From NCBI GenBank assembly GCA_951406725.2, contig OX597814.1, positions 18,786,001 to 18,850,000 on the forward strand: 64,000 nt of DNA, written 5' to 3'. How positions within the stretch are numbered: the stretch's first letter is position 1; each line of letters opens with the position of its first letter. Source of the stretch: Octopus vulgaris. Its lineage: Eukaryota. Below the pieces are notes generated by a model. That model searched no databases. It was given only the letters and a program-made list of their open reading frames with translations, and was not told the origin of the DNA. A program made the translations under genes and the position numbers. This document shows, piece after piece, positions 1-15,296 of the stretch.

Positions 1-118
1 TCTCTCTTCCTGTTTCTTGAATAACGCTGCGATGGACTTGTACGCCACAGAAACCGGGGAAACGGACCCATGAAACTGGCTAGGCTTGAAAAAAGCAAAA
101 AAAAAAAAAAAAAAAAAA
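1..118 (+). mobile_element. 3' end of a SINE-like retroposon with poly(A) tail (cut by window edge)
   Basis: SINE-body-like sequence (gctgcgatggact...cagaaaccgggg) ending in an A-run of about 20 nt at 97-118. Confidence 0.4.
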
Positions 119-775
119 TTACATAGACATACATCTATATACACATATGCTCACACACTCATACACTCGTAAACATATTCACGTGCAGTACATACATTAT
201 ATATACATACATACATGCATGCATAAAATACATAAATATACACGAACATACATACAAGAAAATTATTGAGAATATGCCGTATATTTATATGAACCTTTTG
301 TATGTTAGTATACACTTAGACTGCGATTTATGTTAGCCAAACCTCAAGGAAATACTATAATGTGCAGCACATGGTTTTCATATATCATATATATATTATA
401 ACGATATTTTCGGGGTGGGAAATATGAAAACATAATTCACATTTTATGTTGTAATCCAATATGTCACAGAAACTTAATTTTTTTAAAACATAACAGTGAG
501 AATGTACGTACGTATATATAAATAAATATGTGTGTGTGCATGTGTGTATACGAGTATACATATATTTACACACACATACACATACACACATATATATATA
601 TATACATACATATATACATACATATATATATCTACACACACACACATATATATATATTTATATATATACATTTAGACATCTATATATATATATATATATA
701 ATCTTACGTACATATATATATATATACATATATATATATACATATACATCTATATATATATACATACATAAATAC

Positions 776-826
<51 letters not shown>

Positions 827-1035
827 CATATATATGTATATATATATATATGTTTATATCTGGATATATGTGTATGCTATACGTTACAGATTCAGCGAGA
901 TTTGTGTACGTGTTCGTTCATATGAGCGTTTAATGTGAAATTAAGTCGACTATAGATTCGTGGGTGGGTCAATATGAATAAGTCATTGGTAACAGTTGAT
1001 ATTTTCCTGATAAACATATCTTAACCTTTATGTGT

Positions 1036-1113
<78 letters not shown>

Positions 1114-1638
1114 ATTGAAATACTGTTTTAGAATGAACTAGCAGCAAAGGTATATTATATGTCCGACTGTTTACACTGTTATCATCGTTCGATGTTCAGT
1201 GACTTACATTCTTACAACACAAGTTTCAGGATGATATGTCTGTAAAACTGAGTAGAAAGATCAAAAGAAACATTATATAACTTTTATCTGTCTGTTCCCA
1301 GAAACTTATCCCTATGTCTGAAGTCTTAATCCTCCTTGATCTTTTCACCAGATTTCCTTGAAATAACATTACAGATCAAAATTTGCTTTTTCCTTTCGTC
1401 TTTTTGTTGATATATATACTTACATACCATCATTTATAGGTCCAAATGTGCTGCAAGATCCAATGTTCGAAAGAAGAATTATTTCGCGTTCTCTCAAATG
1501 TTTACAAGCTTACATAATATCAACAGCATACAATTCTCACCGATAAGGCTAAAGTTTGGAAAATCGATAGGGGAGGCCGAAGGGTTGCTTTGATTGAATG
1601 ACAGAACGTCTGTCATGTCTACACGAGAATGGAACATA

Positions 1639-2812
1639 AGCATGACAGAGGTAAATAGACGCTCGGTAACGTATAGTTTTATTTTTATCCTAAATGGAAA
1701 AGGTTTATATTTTTTATCATCTGACATTTTATGTTTCAGGTTCTATATGTGACTGATAAACCTATCTTAACCTTTATGCAAAAGAAGCCTTGGAACTGTC
1801 CGAATTTCTAAGAGGCCGTATTGAGGGTCAATCTGAAGGTAGATATAGTCGGCATAAAATCGCTGAAAATGCCGAGAGCCTGCTTTCTACAGTTACACCG
1901 ACTAGGGTCCTCTGACAAGACTCTTCTCTTTATTAAGACAAGTGTGGAGGATAATCCTCACTGTAAGGCCTCTGACATAGCTGAACGAATTGATATCAGT
2001 CCCAGAACAGCTACCAGATACATCCACAAATTTGGTTACTATGGCAGAGCAGCAATAAGGAAGTCACTTCTTCAACCTGCCAATATCAAGAGGAGAAAAG
2101 ATTGAGCCAATGAGATGGTGGAGAGGCCACTAGCATTTTGGAACACTGTCATATTCTCTAATGAGTCCAGATTTGCTGTATTTTCCGACAGTGGTCAAAT
2201 GTGGGTCTGGAGACTCTGTGGTCAAGAATTTGATGCGAAAAGATTGCAGCCAACAATAAAACACGGCGGTTATTCTGTGATAATCGCGGATCAATTTGGA
2301 GTCATGGTCGATCAGAGCTAGTGACATATGTGGGAAATATAAACTCAGATAGATATGTGTCCGTATTGCAGAAGGGACTCTTTCCAATCTTCTCTAGTGT
2401 TAAAATGATTAAATAAGATGGCGCTCATTGTCACACGGTTCAAAAGACCCAAGATTGGTTGGAAGAGAATGGCATTAAAAAGCTTCCATAGTCAAACCAG
2501 TCACCAGATATGAACCCTATTGAACACCTCTGTGGCATAATGGATAAGACCCTTCGTAAAATTTACAAGAAAGTATCCTGAAAGCCAGATCTTTTGAGAC
2601 TACTGCATGAAACTTGGCAAGAGATTCCTTAAGAGAATATTCGTCATCTGATCAGTAGCAGGTCTAATAGGGTCCTTAAATTGAAAAATTCAAAGGGCAT
2701 GTCTGCTAAATATTAGATATTCACATCATAATAATAAATAATTTGAATGTATAAGTTCAGATTTAAATAAATTTTAACGATTAAAAAGTTGTCTATTTAT
2801 TTCTGGCATGTA
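1639..2812 (+). mobile_element. Decayed Tc1-family (DD34E) DNA transposon
   Basis: Broken transposase: HTH part (ORF 1821-2105), WNTVIFSNESRF (2115-2321), then DGAHCH...SNQSPDMNPIEHL (2417-2530) with 34 residues between D and E and an in-frame stop. Imperfect TIRs catgacagaggtaaatagac (1641-1660) / gtctatttatttctggcatg-ta (2791-2812). Confidence 0.85.
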
Positions 2813-3057
2813 TACTTTTATGAAAGTTTATACATATATGTATGCATATATATACGATAGTTATAGGATTCAACAAAATCTTGGCACATTAACACGTAGG
2901 ACGCCAGAAATGGCTAGGCACAATAAAATTGGGTCCACAATGAGGTAAAACAGTGAAATTATTAAGTGTTGTTAGGATTCTGTAGATATATAAGTACCAA
3001 ATCCAATTAAAACCGTAGATCCGACTTAGAGCTGGGTCTAGGTGTGACCTATCTATA

Positions 3058-3107
<50 letters not shown>

Positions 3108-3762
3108 AGTTTATACGTATCTGAGGGATACTCAGCCACTTGGCACTTGGCACACTATTTCAGTGAGCATGTGCTGTAGTTGATTGAACAATTGGTTACT
3201 CATACGCCGATGTCATCTTAGAAATCTCCATCACACATATAAGTTGTGCGTGTATGTGTGTGTGTGTGTACGCGTGTGTGTACGTGTGTGTGTATGTTTG
3301 TATGCATCCGTATGTGTGTGTACATGTGTGTGTGCGCGCGCAGGAGAAAGGATCAGTCTGTAGAAACCATCTGATTTATCGCTTGTTGCAGGACCATCTA
3401 TGTAAGAGGAGAACTAGATAAGTGTCAGTTTTATTTCAGTATGTATCAGTTTTATTTATTTTAATCAACCCAAGATAAATGAAAAGCCCACTTAATCCAA
3501 ATGGGATTTAAATCCAAATATGCATGACACAAACTAAGATAGCGAAAACTATGTCGTGCCGATTTTCCTATGTATCCTTACACATTCACAGGCGCGGGTG
3601 TGGGCAGATTCTAACATACAATTACATCAGTGCGTCAGTGTGAATATATACGTATTGCTTGTATGTGAGTCTTTATATGTGTGTGTATGTGTGTGTATTT
3701 GTGTGTGTGTGTGTGTCTGTATGTGTGGGTGTGTATGCATGTACGCATATATGATAGATCGC

Positions 3763-3950
3763 TAGCCACTAAACCTTTTTCTATTTTCTCTCCCTGTTTA
3801 TTTCTGTGTTCCTTTCTGTCGAAGAGCGTAGGCTCGAAACGTAAAAGACTTTCTCATTTCCCGAGCGCTAAACTAATACATCTGTTTGTTGTTTAGACAC
3901 CCGTTTTCATCTTTGTTTTTGTTCTTTTTTTGTTTGTAAATTCTCACTAT
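3763..3950 (+). mobile_element. Short Penelope-like repeat with minimal hammerhead-like motif (related copies 36890-37045 +, 58440-58610 -, partial 13465-13560 -)
   Basis: Shared motif ctttctgtcgaagagcgtaggctcgaaacgtaaaagac at dispersed sites next to (TA)n. Confidence 0.6.
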
Positions 3951-4011
3951 ATATTAATGCATACTTATACATGACTATGCATACACACATGTACAAATAT
4001 ATAAATTACTG

Positions 4012-4063
<52 letters not shown>

Positions 4064-4199
4064 TAGTAAATCTATTTATCTATCAGTCTATTTATATATG
4101 TGTGTATGTATGTGCGCGTGTGTATATATCAATATATATATATATACAACTTAGATATACATGTATACACACACACACATATATGTTTTTATATCTATC

Positions 4200-4240
<41 letters not shown>

Positions 4241-4498
4241 GCATACATATACACGCGCGCATAAACATATATCTGCCTGAAGAACGGCTACCTGAAGCTC
4301 AGCGTAAAGGTTTGTGCAGATTTTTCAGATTCAGTAATATCATTATGTATGTGTATGTATGTGTGTGGGTGTGTATATCTGTGCGTCCGTATGAGTGTGT
4401 GTGTGTGTGTGTGTCTGTCTGTGCCAGTATCTGTGTGTCTATGTGTGTGTGAGCGCGCGCGTACCTGCATGAGTGTCCTTGTGTCTAAATTTATATAT

Positions 4499-5750
4499 AC
4501 AGGCTGCGATGAGTAAATTGTCGCCATTTTATATTTTTAATTTCGCGCATGTGCCTTATTTGTTTTTGATTTTCTCGATTGTAGGGTCGGTTGGACACCG
4601 TCTGTGAGAAAAACAGCACCATGACGCAATTCCCTCTGCTAGAAATTTGGAAACGACTTGCTTGGCATTCGCACCGGATGCTCCAATACGAACATTTCAA
4701 AGTGTTTGGGTGTCAATGTCAGGACAGTGCAGAGGATTCGGAAAGAGTTGGTGATTACGAAAGTACGGCTGCTCTGATCGTTCTGATAAGAAAAGAACTG
4801 AATTTGTTGGTGGAATCCAGGCCATGATTGACAACTTTCCCTCCAAGTCAGTCAGGTCCACCACCAGGAACATGGGAGTGTCTGAGTTTCTTATCAGGCA
4901 GGTATTGCATGAAGATATTCGGTATTCTACATACAAGTTGGGAAAGGGCCAAGTTTTATTATCCCAAGCCATCAAGAACGAGAGGAAAGACGGCGTTACG
5001 AAGCTTTTGAACAAACTCAATCATCTCCTCTAACCGAACATGCTTTGGTCTTTCTCAGACGAAAACAATATCTGCCGGGATCAGATGGTGAACACACAAA
5101 CAAACATTGGCTTGCTGTGTCCCTAAAACATGTACCGACAGTGATAAAAATCAAGCATCCAGTCAGCATCATGGAGTTTGGAGTAATCATTAGTGAGTGT
5201 GACGTTATGCCTCCAGTCATCTTCTCACACGGCCTCAGACTCAACACAAAGGACTACATCAAATGCCTGGAGGGGTAGTGCTGCCCTGGGTCAAGTGGGT
5301 TGCTACTGGGAGATCCTATGTCTGGGAACATGACACTGTACCATGCCACACAAGCCGGAGAACCCAGTCATGGGTGTCAGATAATTTCTGCGACTACATC
5401 AGTCTAAATATCTGGCCACCTGACTCCGCAAACTGCAACCCTCCTGATTATTATGTGCGGGCGCAGTTGAGTGAGGGACCAACAAACTCCTTGTAACACC
5501 AAGATGAACAGAAGGTAAGGATTATAGGAGCATTCTCCAACTTAAACAAGGAGATCGTCCAGAAGAGTTGCAGGAGATTCTGAAGTCATCTGGAGGTCGT
5601 GGTTGAAGCCAATAGCAATTTTATTAAATAAATTTATTCTTTAGTATTTCAAGATATTTTTCTATGTAATTTTGGTAAATATATCTGCTAAAATGAGATG
5701 TCAGTGTTATTTTCCAATTTACGTAATTTAGACGACAATTTATTCGTATA
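4499..5750 (+). mobile_element. Decayed maT-type (DD37D) Tc1/mariner transposon
   Basis: FSDEN motif near 5050; HDTVPCHTS...WPPDSANCNPPDY in ORF 5263-5496 with 37 residues between the two D. Imperfect TIRs gagtaaattgtcgcc (4511-4525) / gacgacaatttattc (5731-5745). Confidence 0.8.
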
Positions 5751-6204
5751 TATACGAATAGTAGATGGATTTTTATATATCGACTAGCTTACGTTCAATA
5801 ATTAGTACTTGCTACTAAATCCTTTGACAACAGAAGCTTTTTCTGAGTTTATTATGTAAGGAACTTATTCCCACACGCTTACACTCATAAATGTATTCAT
5901 CTTAAAATGATCTTAAGAGTTGTTTCATTTGTTATTGTAGCTTTTGTGTTCGCAATTTGCCTCAGGCTTTGCTTTGATCAAACAAACGAATGATCTATGA
6001 TATTTGAGACTTAAAGTACCGAATACTTGTACAACAGTAAATATACTGTGCAATTCGTCCTTCCTTTAAGATTGCATTTGTGAAATATATGGTTCTTATT
6101 TCTAGAAGCTAGCATACCCATAAAGACTTGCATTTTGGCACGTATTCTTGTATAATTTAGCATGTGTGAAAGAGTTTACAATGTTATCACCTTTATGTCT
6201 TATC

Positions 6205-6372
6205 TTTATTTGTTTCAGACATTATACTTCGGCCATGCGGGAGCACCGCCCAGAAGTAATTTAGTCAGTACTCATTATTTTTTAAGCCTGGTACTATGAC
6301 TCTCTGTGTTACGCTATGTTACGAGGAGGTAAACACACCGGCATCAATTGTCAAACGGTTCTAGACACAAAA
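6205..6372 (-). mobile_element. SINE family A, degenerate 3' fragment
   Basis: tttgtttcag...ggccatgc-ggagcaccgcc matches the family A tail seen in intact copies. Confidence 0.6.
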
Positions 6373-6375
6373 GCA

Positions 6376-6426
<51 letters not shown>

Positions 6427-6914
6427 ACGCATGCACAAATACGCCCACACACACACACACACAAATACGCACACACACACACACATATACCAAACTATTA
6501 CAAAGAATACGGAGACTGGTGCATATTCATATTTATCTTTTCATTTAGCAATTTGTCATACTGCATAATGAGTTAGTAAAAATGACCGATACGCTTTTCT
6601 GCTGCACATTGTATGTGCATTTGTGTATGCAGCCAAGCATATTCTGCTATGCACTTCATTCATGTTCTTTCTACAAGCGTGGTTCGAAGCATATATGGTG
6701 CTGCTGTAGTTACGTCTCTGTAACTTAGCGGTTCGGCAAAAGAAACCGATAGCTACCGACCACACAGCCGCTCCTGCGCCTATATACAAGCATAGTGTAC
6801 CTGCACACCAATGTCCGGGGATAACACGGATAACGGATACCGATAGTATATAGAGATATTTTATCCATTAGTCGGTTATTACAACCGCTAACTCTGTTTA
6901 CACTATATATATTC

Positions 6915-7457
6915 ATGAATAAAAAAAATGGAAGAGGAACGTAACGGAAGACAATGAAAACATACGGGCAGATGGACGATAAAGGACAGACAGGAAAACC
7001 AGGACGAACATTCGTGGCTCTGTATTCATCAATCAAGCTTCCAATTATCACTACAGTTTCGGCCTGTTACACTTGAGACTGTTCAAAATTGGTAGGCCCC
7101 AAGAATCTAAGCTAAGGACATTAAATTTTTGGAAGAAAGTGGGCGAATATGAGCAACGACACGGACAAAAAAAATTAGAAAACGGGGAAAACGTTACATG
7201 ATCACAAATATAGACAACAAGAATAACAACAGGTGTCTTTCGACTAAAAGGGCGAGTTAAGCTGGCGTGAGAAGTGAAGGCCTTACGGCAACAAATATAG
7301 ATGAAAGTTAGGAGACAGGAAAATAGGTGTTGTGAGAGCGGCAGTCAAGCCAAGAAAGAAAGCTCATGCTTGGCCGAACACCGGTCATATGGGAGAAACA
7401 GAGAAAGGTAGAGAGCAGAGGGATTGAAGAATTAGGGAAAGAAACTAGAGAGAGACT

Positions 7458-7496
<39 letters not shown>

Positions 7497-7851
7497 TACA
7501 AGCGAGACAACAGAGGAAAGTAGAGAGATTAAAGAAAAAGAATGACAAGAAATGTGACAGGGGGAGCGAGAAAAGGAAAATGGAAAGAAAGAGAATGCCA
7601 TGAAAGTGAGAGAGGGGGAGCGAGTAAAAGAAAGTCGTACATAATTTAGATATATACTAACTAGCTGAGCAAACGGTATACGTACGCTGCTATATGTATA
7701 TTTTTTTTAAAATCGGAACAAAAACGTAACGGACAACAATAAAAACATACTGGCTAATGGAAGATACAAAGATGGACAGGAAAATCAGGACTGAACATTT
7801 GTGTCTTTCTATTCATCAGTCAAGCTTCCAATTATCACTACAGTTTCGACC
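6915..7851 (-). mobile_element. ~787-bp-unit retrozyme/Penelope-like element (about 1.2 units) carrying a strand-swapped hammerhead
   Basis: Diverged direct repeats ~6915-7063 and ~7705-7851; homologous to 61664-62721 (ttccaa..taatg..cttagatt upstream of the motif). Confidence 0.6.
7014..7082 (-). ncRNA. Strand-swapped hammerhead-like motif, family 1 (C3U in this copy)
   Basis: Minus strand ACAGU-C-UCAAG-uguaacaggcc-GAA-ACUGU-15nt-CUUGA-UUGAUGA. Stem III ACAGU/ACUGU, stem I UCAAG/CUUGA. Truncated second copy (7803-7851) has intact CUGAUGA. Confidence 0.55.
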
Positions 7852-7947
7852 ATAAAGTATGGGTCTCCCATATTTAGGTGGCAAATATACTTCACGATTC
7901 CGTGCTGCTGCTCTTTACCTGTCGCTCAGAGATTTATTATTGCTATA

Positions 7948-8022
<75 letters not shown>

Positions 8023-8034
8023 CATTATTATTAT

Positions 8035-9311
<1,277 letters not shown>

Positions 9312-9524
9312 GTTATTATTATTATTATCATCATCATCATCATCATCATCATCTCAACTAACACTTCTGAGTTCCTGAAGTAGATCCATCGGAAATATAC
9401 CCCGACTATGGAAGTCCGCAAATAATCCAAACAAAGCCAGTACCCTACTCACTACTTCAACACACTAGTCGACATATCCCCTTCAGTCTAAAATACAAAA
9501 TATTAAATACATATATATATATAT

Positions 9525-9621
<97 letters not shown>

Positions 9622-9985
9622 AAATATCCTAGAGGTGTTGGCGCCAAATTCTGAAATCGAGAGGACGCCACTACACTGTTCCAAAACTCGCATCCATCGC
9701 TTTAGAGTGAGGACTTGGTACTGCAAAGCTTGTTTTTCAAAGGACCATAGCTATTTTATATCGTACCAAAAAACCTGAAAATTTCCATGGAGTGGGTGTA
9801 GACATTTTTACGCAGCAGCTTGATCTAATGTTCAAGATCCCAGATGAACTTACATTACACCAAGTTATTTAAAAGATGTCAGCAATATCAAACTTGCTCT
9901 ATCACCAAAATCCATGGCGTTGACCCAGCATGCCTACGGTCTTTGGGATGAAACACATGAAAGAATAAAATTACACACACACATA

Positions 9986-10835
9986 TACAGGGTGTTTAAA
10001 AAATTTATATCATTTCGCAATAACTTTGCCAGTTCTTGTTCTAATGCCTTTAAATTTTAATTGCATGTGTAGAAAGAGGTCAAAATTTTATGTTTAATGT
10101 TTCATGTGTTTATCTTTTAAAGTATAGAAATGGCATGCACTGGAAGAGAAAAGTTGTTTTGTTTGTTGGAGTATGCTCGAACACAGTCCAACAAGACTGT
10201 GCAGCGTGCATTTGTGAGAGAGTCACCAACGGCAAAGGCAGATTTGGACATAGCACAAAAATTTCAATGAGGAAGGCTGTCTGTGTAGAGTAAAAGGATC
10301 TGGACGACCACTAACATCGAAAGAGACGGTCCATTGGGTTCACCAAAACTCTTGCAAAACCCCAAGAAGTCCATCAGAAGAATAAGTCTGGAAACCCACA
10401 TTCCTCCAACTACAGCGTGCTGAGTAAACGCTTGACATTAAAACCCTACAGCTGTAGCTCATTCAGGCCATAACAGCAGATGACAAGCAAAGGCACAAAC
10501 AACTCAGTGCCGATATGTAAGAGAAACTTGAACATGCTGAGTTCAAGGACCGTTTTGTTTTCAGTGGTGAGGCCACATTTCATACAAATGGCAAAGTCAA
10601 TAAGCATAATATTCATATTTGGGGTGAAGAAAATCTCCATGTCACAGTTGAGCATGAGAGGGACTCACCAGAAGTGAATGTGTTCTGCGACATCTCCGAG
10701 AAGTATCTTCATGGCCCGTTTATCTTTGAGGGAAATATGACCGGCGATGTTTATCTGCAAATGCTTCAGAACTGCTAATGAACATGAAGACTTCATTTTC
10801 CACAGAACGGGACTCCACCTCACTGGAATCTCACT
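9986..10835 (+). mobile_element. Decayed Tc1/mariner remnant (DUF4817-type N-terminus)
   Basis: TA-cagggtg end; frameshifted LEYARTQSNKTVQRAF...EEGCLCRVKGSGRP, FSGEATFHTNGKVNKHNIHIWG, RDSPEVNVFC; 3' end lost at a SINE. Confidence 0.7.
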
Positions 10836-10854
10836 GACAATTTGCGATGGAGAT

Positions 10855-11104
10855 GGGTCGGTGTGCTGGTTGTTAAGCGGAAGCCTAGCGACAAACACAA
10901 ACACACAAATATATATATATATATATATATAAATATATATACAACGGGCTTTTTCAAGTTTCCTCCCGTTAAATCCACTGACAAGTCTTTGGTCGGTCTG
11001 AGACTATAGTACAAGACACTTGCCGAAGGTGCAACACAGTGGGACTGAACCTCTGAAACCATGTGGTTGGGAAGCAAGCTTCTTACCACACAGCCATGCC
11101 TGTG

Positions 11105-11106
<2 letters not shown>
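10855..11106 (-). mobile_element. SINE family A, 5' part
   Basis: Reverse complement of the tRNA-like head ggctgtgtggtaagaagcttgctt...ggttcagtccc. Confidence 0.8.
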
Positions 11107-11152
<46 letters not shown>

Positions 11153-11606
11153 TACGCATATACGCACACACACACACACACACACACAGACATATATATA
11201 TATATATATATATACATAAACATATATGCATGTGTGGGTGTGCGTATGTGTGTGAGAAAAGGAAAATATATGACTATGCCTGTATATGAAGAAGTAAAAT
11301 GGCCATTTCTCTGATGTTTCATGTAGCCAACATGTGACCTGACAATCACATCTGCATTATGTTTTAGTCGAGGCATTTTCGTTTAAAAAACAAAAAAAAG
11401 TAAGCCAGACCAAAGTGTGGATGTTGTCGCCGGGTATACTGAAGGTCACTTAACGTGCGTGTGTATATAATGATGTTTATGTGTTTGTATGCATGAATGC
11501 GTCTAAGTGAGTGTGCGTGTGTGTTCGTTCGTGCATTTTACATGCATGCGAATATATGTGACAGCGTGAGTGAAACAGTATGAGTCTGTGTTTACGTGAA
11601 TGTGAA

Positions 11607-11685
<79 letters not shown>

Positions 11686-12663
11686 GTGTATTCGCGCGTA
11701 TGTGGGCGCGTGCGTGCGTTCGTGCGTGCGGACATATACGTATAGAAGAAGAGGAACACTTGTATGCCTGGATCACCACGTTAAATCTGCCCTGACAGCC
11801 TGACATATATTAGACTAACTGACTAATTAGATGAACACGAGGTATTGACATTCACAATAGGTATGACACTGCCTCCCGAGGCGGAAAAAAAAAAAAAAAA
11901 AACGAAGGCAGTAAATAGATATGCAAGAAGCTAAGAGGAAGAATCATCGGGCTGAGGTGGTGAAAGGGAAAAAAAAACGACTAAGAGAGATAAAAGTGGA
12001 AAGCTGTATGGGAAAGCAACACGCAATCAGACAAGCAGGAAGCTACGAGCTTGTTGTATTTGTTTATACTGACTTTTCAGCCTGGGATTTTACAACATTT
12101 CGAATTAGAATGGCTTGTAGAATGACAGATGATTCGCTATTTCTTACTAACTACGTGTACGTACACTTTGTATATGTGCGTAGCAATGTAGAGCGAAGAA
12201 AACAATATGGTATTGTACAATGCACAACATATGTGTATAAGTGTATATAATATGTGTGTGTGTGTGTGTATTCTTATTCTATATATACACACACACTGTT
12301 ACTCTCACACATATATGCATGTATATATATATATATATATAGTATTATATATATTATAGTACAATGTCCCATACCAACATACATGCAGTGGGGATGAACC
12401 CGAAACTAAGTGGTTGGGAAGCAAGCTTCTTACCACACAGCCACTCCTATATATGTATGTGTGTGTATGTGGGGGGTGGGGTGGATCGGTGTGTGTATGT
12501 GTGTATGGGTGTATATATGTATGCATGTATATATGTGTGCATATTACATGTACATGTATATATACATCTAGACATACATGTATATCTATAGAAATACATC
12601 TATACATATATATGTATGCATATACAGCTATACATAAACATGTATACATATTCATCTATATAT

Positions 12664-12711
<48 letters not shown>

Positions 12712-12917
12712 TTCCATATACATACAATAGAGAGATGCTTTTGTTTCACTTTTAACACGTAATACTGAATTAGTGGAGAAGATGTGATATTGCTGTGGCC
12801 TCGCCCTAGGCAAGAAGTTAAATTTTTTTTGCCCATGACACTACATGGACCCTAAGTAAGGCATGTGTAAAATTTGAATGCGTGTATGTGTGTGAATATA
12901 TACATATATATATATAC

Positions 12918-12950
<33 letters not shown>

Positions 12951-12982
12951 CTTGCATACATATATATATATATATTTAAAAG

Positions 12983-13302
12983 ACTCCGCCGGTTACGACG
13001 ACGAGGGTCCCAGCTGATACGATCAACGGAACAGCTTGCTCGTGAAATTAACGTGCAAATGGCTGAGCATTCCACAGACACGTGTACTCTTAACGTAGTT
13101 CTCGGGGATAATCAGCGTGACACAGAGAGTGACAAGGCTGACCCTTTGAAATACAAGTACAACTCATTTTTGCCAGCTGAGTGGACTGGAGCAACGTGAA
13201 AATAAAGTGTCTGGCTCAAGGACACAACGCGTCGCCGGGAATCGAACTCACAACCTTACGATCATGAGCCGAATGCCCTAACCATTAAGCCACGCGCCCT
13301 CA
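12983..13302 (-). mobile_element. SINE family C (tRNA-derived), full length
   Basis: Head gagggcgcgtggcttaatggttagggc...gttcgattccc with A/B boxes; homologous to 45711-46027 and 54485-54790. Confidence 0.85.
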
Positions 13303-13304
13303 CG

Positions 13305-13469
<165 letters not shown>

Positions 13470-13559
13470 TAATCCAAACAAGAAAACAAAAAACAATAAC
13501 GCAAGGATGTGGAACAAATAAAGTATTATTGGACGCTCAGGAAAGAAGGGAAGAAGGAG

Positions 13560-13609
<50 letters not shown>

Positions 13610-13757
13610 TACATAACTTAGAATAACTGATGAACAACATGATGTCTATCATCAATAGTCAGAGAAGAGCTGAAGAGGCCTGGGCCGTTGAGAAGATCAA
13701 ACTCAATGTGGAGATGGGCTGGTTACATTGGCGTGTGCAGGTGTGCATGTGACTGTA

Positions 13758-13994
13758 TTTACTCTTTACTCTTTACTCTTTTGTTTCAGTCATTTGACTG
13801 TGGCCATGCTGGAGCACCGCCTTTAGTCGAGCAGATCGACCCCAGGACGTATTCTTTGGATGCCTAGTACTTATTCTATCGGTCTCTTTTGCCGAACCGC
13901 TAAGTTACGGAGACGTAAACACACCAGCATCGGTTGTCAAGCGATGTTGGGGAGACAAACACAGACACACAAACATATACACACACACACATAC

Positions 13995-14053
<59 letters not shown>

Positions 14054-14224
14054 CATACATACATACATACGACGGGCTTCTTTCAGTTTCCGTCTACCAA
14101 ATCCACTCACAAGGCTTTGGTCGGCCCGAGGCTAAATTAGAAGACACTTGCCCAAGGTGCCACGCAGTAGGACTGAACCCGGAACCATGTGGTTCGTAAG
14201 CAAGCTACGTACCACACAGCCACT
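13758..14224 (-). mobile_element. SINE family A, full length with internal microsatellite
   Basis: tRNA-like head, internal (TA)/(TG) tract, (gagtaaa)n-like tail; more than 10 homologous copies in window. Confidence 0.9.
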
Positions 14225-15239
14225 TATCTATCTATTTTAATATTATTTATCTATTTAATATTATTTATGCTATGTCGAGAAGTTGCTGAAGGACATAAGC
14301 GGCCTCGTACCACTTGTATCATAGCCTTCACCCCGCACCCTTTATTTACTTATTTTTCTTTTTTATTCAAGTAATCATTGAAACGGTTTAAACTTTTATC
14401 CTTGGTTCAAATATAATTGACCAATTGTAGAGATGGATAGACACCGGTCTATCCCATTGCAGAGAACAGGTGGTGTTCTTTGCAATATTTCAGTAAGAAC
14501 ATTATCATAAGGTCCTTACGCTATTGTTTAGGAAAAATATCAGCTAGCAATATTTACGATAACATAATTACTGCTCTCTTGCTAGATATGTTAGGAAGTT
14601 TCTTGTATAAGTATTCATTTATTTCTTTTTTTCTAACTTCTTTCTACAACTTTTAAAACATCTTGGTCACCCTTTTATATGGAAATAACCCGAAAAATAT
14701 TTTCGCAAGATCATTGCTCGTTCACTCTTTTGCCTACTGACTTCGAAGTCCTAAAATGGAAGATGGTATGATTTTAATATATTAGGCCCCCAGTCTTCTT
14801 CACTAGGCCATGTTTTCTTTCCTATTCTCTCTTTCTATATTTTTTGGACGCTTTTGTATTCACTCTTATGAAGCTCCATGTTCTAACCCGAATATTCTAT
14901 GAAGATGGAGAATATTATTTCGCAATTCTTTCGTAGGCACTGACTGACATTGGAAGCGGAAACAGCCGTAAGAATTGATATGTCACATAAATGTTATGTT
15001 TTGTATTTAAAGAATCATCTACAGATGTGGTCCAATTGAGTTGCTTGTTGATCTAGAGTTTTCTCCATTTTCTGATTATCTAAATTTGATTCCTGATTAA
15101 CTTATGTTTATTCTGTTGTTACCTGCACCCTACGAGCATAGTGAGCCTGCATACCCATGCCCAGAGATAACACGGGTAACTGATAGCGATAGTAAATACG
15201 GATACTTTATCTCTTAGTCAGTTACTATAAACGATAACT

Positions 15240-15296
15240 CTGCTTAATACTGCCGTCAGTTTCGGCGATTTCGGTCGACTCATCAGTATACTGCGA
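15240..15296 (-). ncRNA. Hammerhead-like core in canonical order, with weak stem I
   Basis: Minus strand CUGAUGA-GUCGA ccgaaa UCGCC-GAA-ACUG acgg CAGU-A; flank 15165-15245 is homologous to 6820-6900. Confidence 0.5.

Noticed and set aside
4271-4322. Hammerhead-like remnant (CUGC-CUGAAGA...GCAG); similar remnants near 14935-14980, 16214, 27586-27623 and 61465-61520
   Set aside because: GAAA/NUH core or helix II too degraded to call with confidence
14280-14940. Possible decayed retroelement coding sequence
   Set aside because: No diagnostic RT or endonuclease motif could be read
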